Shown here piece after piece: positions 56,452 to 64,000 of a stretch of DNA of 64,000 nt. The position numbers and the translations under genes were made by a program. The first letter of the stretch is position 1. Every line of letters begins with the position of its first letter. The notes under the pieces were generated by a model. The model searched no databases. It saw only the letters and a program-made list of their open reading frames with translations, and was not told the origin of the DNA. Source of the stretch: Octopus vulgaris (lineage: Eukaryota); assembly GCA_951406725.2 (NCBI GenBank), contig OX597823.1, positions 106,454,001-106,518,000 of the forward strand. The letters are read 5' to 3'.

Positions 56452-57403
56452 ACTATTATCTTTTACTTGTGTCGGCCATTAAACTGAAGAACTTTTAATC
56501 GAATGAATAGACGCCACTCCCTTTATTTTAAAATAAATGCTTGGTACTTACTCAACCGTCCTATTTTGCTGAATCGCTAAAATACGCGGACATAAGCACA
56601 CCTATACCAGTTGTCGAAGAGTGGTGAGGACAAACACAGGTTCAAACACAGAGACACACAAACCGACAGATACACAAACACACACACATACTTACAAACA
56701 CAAACACATTCGCGCATATGTAGGCTTCTCCACGTGAGCAAAATCCGGACATTTCGACTTCGGATATCATCACTTATAGAAATAGTTTAGGGTGATCACT
56801 TATTTCAGCATACGGCTCTAATTTTGCTCCTACGTAAAATTGAATAAATTCTAAGAATAATAAGACCTAAGGGCGTGATACTTTTGCAAGATAAGCGCAT
56901 TATTTTTTAAGATAAGATATATAATCGGTATTACCCTTCACTAAGTCCAGCCGTTGTCAAATGATTTTTCTATGCCCATTCTTTAGGGGTGTTTTTTACT
57001 TTCCTTTTTGCTCCTTACTGGCAGTGAATTGATTTCTCTAAATAGCTTTTTTTCTGTTTCAACCAATTTTTGCTCCAAATCTTCTTGCATTCTTGCCAAT
57101 TCGTACTCTTTTCCTCCTTTCACCCACAACTTGATTTTCGTTGTTCTCCTCATACTGACTATCCTTATTCCCCTCCACTTGTCTGTGTTCACTTGTTCAG
57201 TAAATCTGAGTATTGCTAATAAACATTAATGACAGAGCATATTCTTACATGTGAAAGCTCATGGCCTAGGGGTTAGGATGTTGCAAGTACGTTGGCAAGA
57301 GCGTAGTTTCGATTCCCAGATCGGGAGTATGTTGTAATCTTGAGCAAACACTTCATTTCACGTTATTCCAGTCCACACAACTGTAAATGAATAAACTTGC
57401 GAG

Positions 57404-57782
57404 ATGGCAGAAACGTTAGCACGCCGGGCGAAATGCGTAGCCGTATTTCATCTGCCGTTATGTTCAAATTCCGCCGAGGTCGACTTTGCCTTTCATCCTT
57501 TCGGGGTCGATAAATTAAGTACCAGTTACGCACTGGGGTCGATGTAATCGACCTAATCCGTTTGTCTGTCCTTGTTTGTCCCCTCTGTGTTTAGCCCCTT
57601 GTGGGTAGTAAAGAAATTGATATTTCGTCCGTTTTCACGTTCTGAGTTCAAATTCTGCTGAGGTTGTCTTTGCCTTTCATTCCTTCGGGGTCGATTAAAA
57701 AAGTATCAGTTACACACTGGGATCGATGTAATCGACTTAATTCCTTCCCCCAAATCTGAGGCCTTGTGCTTCCAGTAGAAAG
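57404..57782 (+). mobile_element. Two tandem SINE family A copies with different tails
   Basis: First copy ends GCCCCTTGTGGGTAGTAAAGAAAT; second ends GGCCTTGTGCTTCCAGTAGAAAG. Confidence 0.85.
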
Positions 57783-58397
57783 GACAATGGGGATAATGTT
57801 GGCCTACGCACCTAGCTACGACTAAGCAAGGAGGCCCGTTGTGACCATTGATGTAAAATAACATCTGATAGCTTGCATGATACAGTGTTATTCTCATAGT
57901 TGTACAGTTCGCAAACTTAGTCACTATCATACCACTTTCATTCACTCATTTATATTCACGGGTCCGTAATTATAGATCTACAAATTTTGACCTATGCTGT
58001 GTCACCATCTTTCGCGGTTAACGTGTACACAACTGTGAGGTTATTGCATTCCTTTTTCATTCCACCATTTATTCCTCTTCGACGAGAAAACAAGACACCC
58101 GTCCGGAAATTTCACATTGCAGCAAGATATTCAAGAAGGAGACCATTTCGTAAAATTGGTAACATCAATATTCACACACGTGCAGACGAAATACTGCGAA
58201 TCATTTCGCCCGGCGTGCTAACGTTTCTGCCAGGTCACCCACCTTGTTGAGTGTATATATATTGATGGCATAATATTCAACTTTGCTAAATAGTAAGCAT
58301 TTTTGAGTCGTCATTGCCTAGTAACTTTCAACACACTAACAAACGCATGTACATATACATATACATATTAACAATAATAATAATGATAATAATAATA

Positions 58398-58441
<44 letters not shown>

Positions 58442-58685
58442 AATTTATTTACTAGGGATTATAACGGGGTGAATTATAAAGTGATTAAATACTTTACTGA
58501 CATTTTGAACTATCATAACTAATAATATAAATTAGGAATGTTTTAATTTTTTGATGAAGGAATCGTATCGAAATATCGTTTAAGCTAACTAACAGATACA
58601 TGTGTTTTTCAACTTATTACACGCACACACAAACAAATGCATTAACAAATTTGCATATACCTATACACAAGTAACGATACATTGG

Positions 58686-58990
58686 TAGCTGAAACGCGCA
58701 TATCTGAGTATTACAAAGGGTCAAGCAACAGATTGCAATGTAGCCCCTTTCTATTAAAGTCTCCCTCTGAAGAAATGCCCAATTAACGATATTCATTATG
58801 AAATTCTAATTTAATTTAATTTCTCAAATTGAATTGTTTGAGCATATATAAGCAATTGTAGGCGCAATAGATTTGATATTGTTCGGAACTGAATGTATTT
58901 TAATAAATTAATGCCCTTATTTAACAATTTCTCGTATGAAAATGGTAATATAGCCATATTTATCAATGCGAAACTAACATCTTTGGTTTT
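58686..58990 (+). repeat. Diverged third copy of the hammerhead-bearing repeat (homologous to 22545-22860)
   Basis: TAGCTGAAACGCGCATATCTGAGT...CTGAAGA (58767-73)...AATTTAATTTCTCAAATTGAATT...GTAGG...ATCAATGCGAAACTAAC matches the 22.5-22.9 kb sequence. Confidence 0.75.
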
Positions 58991-59559
58991 TCAATGATAC
59001 GGTGGATAAAACTGGGAAACTTGGATGCCAACACACCTTTAAGAGGATTTTATATCCTTATCTTAGTATGTATGTATGTATGTATGTATGTATGTATGTA
59101 TGTATGTATGTATGTATGTACGTATGTATGTACGTATGTATGTATGTATGTATGTATGTATGTATGTATGTGCGTCTGTTAAAGTGTTGAAAGTTACTAG
59201 ACAATGAAGGATGAAAAATACTTACTATTTAGCAAAGTTGAATATTATGTCATCTGTATATGTACACAATATATTTATTTATTATAGTGAGAATAGATAC
59301 GAAAGATCACAATTTGATGAAAGCGTTAACGTTAACAAATCAAAATTAATAAAAATGAAAACCATTATTAAATTAATACGTGGTTTCTTTAACTTAAAAT
59401 TACCTGTTACTTTATAAATACTAATCACAGTATAGGACTAAAAGTGCAGGAATATATCAGCAGCAGACGGAAAGTGTTCAGCAGCGGAGCTGGAATTGCT
59501 AAATCTAGATTTCTGCTTCTTTGAGAACAATTATTTTCTATTAGCAACGGCAAGCTTAG

Positions 59560-59759
59560 ATACATTTTGTGTATTATTATCACTTACACGCCGGAGAAAA
59601 TGTATAAGGGCATTTCTGCTGGCTTTAAATACTGAGTTCAAATTTGCCTTCCCCCTTTTCGGGATCGATAAAATAACTACTAGTTGATTACTGGGGGTGG
59701 ATGTAATCTATGTACCACCTCCCCCGAAATGATTGGGATTTGTGTCAAAACTTTGAAAC

Positions 59760-59804
<45 letters not shown>

Positions 59805-60041
59805 CATCATCATCATCATCATAACGAAAGTGGAGAGCCTGCAGAAACGTTAGCAACGCAAGGCAAGATGCTTAGCGGCATTTCGCCCGTCTTTATGTTC
59901 TGGGTTTAAATTCCAACGAAGTCGACTTTGCCTTTCATCCTTTCGGGATCGATAAATTAAATACTAGTGGAGTACTGGGGTGCATGTAATCGACTTAACC
60001 CCTTCCCTAATTTTCAGGCCTTATGCTTATAGTAGAAAGGA
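59560..60041 (+). mobile_element. Two diverged SINE family A copies separated by (ATT)n(CAT)n
   Basis: Cores GAGTTCAAATTTGCCTTCCCCTTTTCGGGATCGATAAA and GTCGACTTTGCCTTTCATCCTTTCGGGATCGATAAATT. Confidence 0.75.
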
Positions 60042-60712
60042 TTATAATTATTATTATTCTATTGTTATTGTCATCGTCGTTGTTGTTCTTGATGCTGTTG
60101 TTGTTGTTATAGCTTTTGTTTAGTAAAAATATGTCCTGTCCTGAACGAACAAACCCAAAGTTGAAACGTGCTCCAGCCTTGATGTGACGATTTTTCTGAT
60201 TTTTTCTTTGCCCCGAGACTACATAATTAAATGTGTATTTGATTTTTAAAAACGTTGGGGTATGAAGCGAGGAGAGGGTAACACTATTCATAGCAGAATG
60301 AGGGACCGCGGCGAAGCATCCTGATGCGTAGAGACGTTCTTGATTTTCTCTTTATTGTAATTGCAGCCCTCGTAGTCGTCATCGTCGTTATTTCTGCATT
60401 TCTTGTTATTTACGTCAGTGTTATTAATTCAGTCTGAAAAGGTGAATGTCTGAAGAGGGATCAGTCAGACATAGTCTGTTCCCCCTCTAGCTTTTGTTTC
60501 AAACTGAATTAAGTATCAGTAAAACGTCAACTTCACTGACACAGCATATTCTGGGGCAGTCGGGAAGTTTATGTTAAAATGTAATATTTTATAGACTTTT
60601 ATAAACACACAACTTACATATTATGTGTGTGTGTGTGTTTCTGTGCGTGTGTGCTTGCATGTCTTTACACGTACATACATGCATACACATAAACACATAC
60701 ACACACGCATAT

Positions 60713-60774
<62 letters not shown>

Positions 60775-62879
60775 GTATGTATATATATATATATATATAT
60801 ATATTTATACACACACACATACACAATCACACGCACCCCGATATATGTGTGGTATGGCAAATACTCCTAAATTGTTCCTTAATTCCTTCGTTTTGATTTA
60901 TTATGTTTATTTGGTGATCCTCTCTTATTTTCCTTATTTCTTTGTAACTTGTTTCGTTTTTTTTTTTGAATTTTTTTTTTGTTGATTTACTCCAGTCATT
61001 ATCTGGGATAAGTTATGATAGGCTTATAGAGGAATTTGTCTTCTTCTTTTTTTTCTCTATCTTTTTGATTCTGGTGGATCCTTCACCATTTCTCTGTTAT
61101 TGAAATAGTTATAAATGTATATTCAGACATGCTTATTAACAATTTTATATGCGCTGATTGTATTCTCTTGTCTCCATTGTACACAAGATGTTTATTGCTT
61201 AATTGTAGCTGTTTATTATAAAGATTTTCGTCTTCTCTCTTTATATTCTGTCTGTGATTTAATGTAAAATTTTATATTCGCTGAGACAGTTGACTCTGGA
61301 TACAGTTGACACCGCTCTCTCATAATATTTATTTTATTTTATTATTATTATGTATTCCCTACCACTATTTTCTGGCAGAAAAATAAACTCTGTATTTATC
61401 CGACAAGACCTGTATACAATTAAGGCGGTTTGGAGAGAATTAACAGAATTTTTTCTTTGCCTTTTGTTCATAGAAGGAAGGGCAACGCACATGACCCTTT
61501 ATTTTGTGAGGATCCTTCAGACTGGTGGGAGGGAAAGTATGAAGTTGCCTCGAAACTGGAAACCTAACTTGAATGCTTTCAAGAGAATGGATTACATTAA
61601 AGGCACCGAAGGATAAGATGGCAGTTTTATTTCGGGTGTCATTAAGTCGACCACCCGAAAACTCAGAACGCAAAGGGCCAGAACCTGTACCAAATGGTAT
61701 CTTAAGTAATGGTCTGGCAGTTCTTCTAAACCACGACTACAGGTTGATACTTTATCATATCGACCCGCAGAGGATGTAAAATCAAAATTGATGTCGATGG
61801 GATTTGAACTCAGATCGATGAATTCTGCAGACTATTTTGTTCTATTCTCTCACGACTTTGGAAAATTATCAGTTTTAACATAATGAAACTCCGTTCATAG
61901 ACTCACGTTTAGGCAATACGATGTGTTCCATAAAATGTAAAATGTAAGTATTTTTTGATGCATTCCATTTTTGAACAGAAAAAAATGAGCTTAGAAAATA
62001 AAGTCAGTGGTTTAACTCGCATCCAACACTCTATGCTGGACTAGAGCCACCATAACCAGAAACCTTATCATAACGAGCCAAAGAGGGAGCTTCTATGCGG
62101 TCCCTCAGACTGCTAGAAGTGGCTCTAAATCACTCCCAAACAACACCTTATCAACGAAACTCGAAAAGACACACTGAAGAATAAAGTTCTAGATATACAA
62201 AAGTAAATATGATGGTCTTGATTGGAAGGCTCTTGATTCCAAGTCTGCTATATAAATGCTAGAGTAACTAAACAACAACAACAACAACAACAACAACTTG
62301 ACTATAGCATCACCTACGACAGAAAGAAAAGTATTTGTCAAATAGTTAAGCATTTATTCTCAACACTATCTAGCCATCTCTTTCCTAACTGAGACTGCCG
62401 TTTATTATATTAGCATCAGTACAATGGTCACCTGTCTTCTAATATGCTTATTTGGTCTTTATATTTGCTGGATTGGGATATTTGTACCTTACCCAGTAGT
62501 TTTCCTTATTTGGTAATATTTCCAACAAAGCATTGTCACCTTAAACTCGTTGATTTTGTCTTCATATCTCGCCAGATTGTTAGGTTTCCGATTCTTGAAA
62601 TTAAATGATAATTCATTAATTAATCAATTAATATTGACAATTTCTTATGTAGAGGTAGACACAAGGACGGAAAGGAATCCTGGAAGAAAGGAATAGATGG
62701 TTACATCGACCTATACTGGTGCTTATATTTATCGTGGAAGAACGAAAGTCGAAGCTGGAGCAGGTGGTGTTAGCATGGTATACAGCTGCATATATATACT
62801 TACTACAAAAACATATTTACATACATACATTTACATACGGAAACATTTAGACATGTTCATACACATGCTCAAAGAAATA

Positions 62880-63788
62880 GTTTGTAAATGGAGTACTTTC
62901 CCATACCCACACTCTACCATGGATTGTAATAGAAAGGAACAATACTTTCAGGATATCTTGGAGGGGAAAATATCGAAACAGATCTATTTTACAAACCAAT
63001 ACTTAAAATTCCGATCAGTACACCCCTCACATACCAAAAGGAACATTTCCTTTTGCATCATAGTAATAAACCCCACACTACATGAAAAAATATCATATGA
63101 ACTAAAATGGTTCCTTGAAAGACAGGAATATTAGGTGAACCTCATCAATACGGCCATTTCCAAGGCCCAGAACATTCCAGTGACAACACTGAGAGAAACA
63201 AAACCAGCGAAATATAAAGGAAAAAAACGTTATCCCATTTGTCGTCATTCATAACCCAAGAGACTTGTGACAGCTGCCAGAAAATATCTCTCAATTCTCC
63301 AGCAATCTCCCAAAATGGATGCACTCATGAAAGACTCACGAATAATATATTGCAGACACCAAGCACGCAAACTTAAAAAACTGCTAACCATGCAAGTTAA
63401 GAAATGTGGGGACCCTCGATGCGGAACATGTGGATACATTGAAGAGGGTGGACAAACCTCCTTTAAAAACAATGAGATTTTCAAAATTAATGCAAGTATG
63501 AATTGCAAAACAAGAAACTTAATTTACTGTGCAACTTGTCCACAATATAAAGAATACTACATTGGTGAAACCGGAACGGGATTACATGACAGAGTTCATA
63601 TGCATAAGCAACAAATTAGAGAACCCTCTATCAGAAACACCACTTACAATGAACACTTTGGATCATGTGGAAAGGGAAAATTCACAATCTTCCCCTTCTT
63701 CTTTATGTTAAGGTCGGACAGCGGGCATTTCCGAAAATATAAAGAAGATTTCTTCACTAGAAAGTACGGACCACAACTCAACACATAG
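62880..63788 (+). mobile_element. Penelope-like retroelement (Neptune-type) 3' portion: decayed RT thumb plus an open Cys-cluster/GIY-YIG endonuclease ORF (63267-63788)
   Basis: QYLKFRSVHPSHTKRNI (PLE YLxxxSxHP), VIPFV..HNP, CGDPRCGTC Cys cluster, NLIYCATC...YYIGETG...RVHMH (GIY-YIG), ending KYGPQLNT*. Confidence 0.92.
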
Positions 63789-64000
63789 AAAATGATATTC
63801 CACCCACCAATAACAGCATACGTTCCTAGTTTTCATAAAAGATACATATATCCAAATAGAAGCGGATGACACCTACACTTTCAATCATTCGATCACTGAA
63901 GGGAAAAACAACCCTTGGAGATACACTACCATTTCACTAATCCCCCTCTCCCCAAAGTATATCTGAAATTAAATGCTTGAGTAGTGTAGATCCGTATACA

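Noticed and set aside
56983-57192. 69-aa charged, coiled-coil-like minus-strand ORF
   Set aside because: It is short with no motif and no splice support; possibly a decayed PLE N-terminal region, but this cannot be supported.
60445-60490. CTGAAGA followed by a GGGATCAG/CTGTTCCC stem
   Set aside because: The stem is not followed by GAAA, so it cannot be called a hammerhead.

Overview
This is AT-rich, microsatellite-saturated, repeat-dense eukaryotic non-coding DNA, either a large intron or an intergenic region. The SINE families and (TA)n/(TATG)n/(AAT)n load look cephalopod (Octopus-like); that assignment is inferred from remembered repeat families, not proven. I found no intact host protein-coding gene, and nearly all of the supplied ORFs are translations of simple repeats. 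Recognisable content: three decayed mariner transposons (one with mellifera-type TIRs), a hAT-Charlie-like MITE, RTE (BovB-like), Tx1/L1-like and CR1/Jockey-like LINE fragments, a Penelope-like element 3' end with an open Cys-cluster + GIY-YIG endonuclease ORF (62.9-63.8 kb), and about 25 copies of three tRNA-derived SINE families. The most interesting signal is a dispersed set of type I hammerhead-ribozyme motifs in short (TA)n-associated repeats. One form has a long AU-rich stem II and a GAAAC-NGCU-GUA junction (best copy 22602-22727). A second, minimal form carries a shared non-canonical A6->U core (34150, 46310). The window also has several (TA)n-associated fold-back palindromes and a 1.75-kb segment bounded by ~120-bp G-quadruplex-rich inverted repeats. 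All ribozyme and structure calls were made by eye and need computational and experimental confirmation; most coordinates are approximate.
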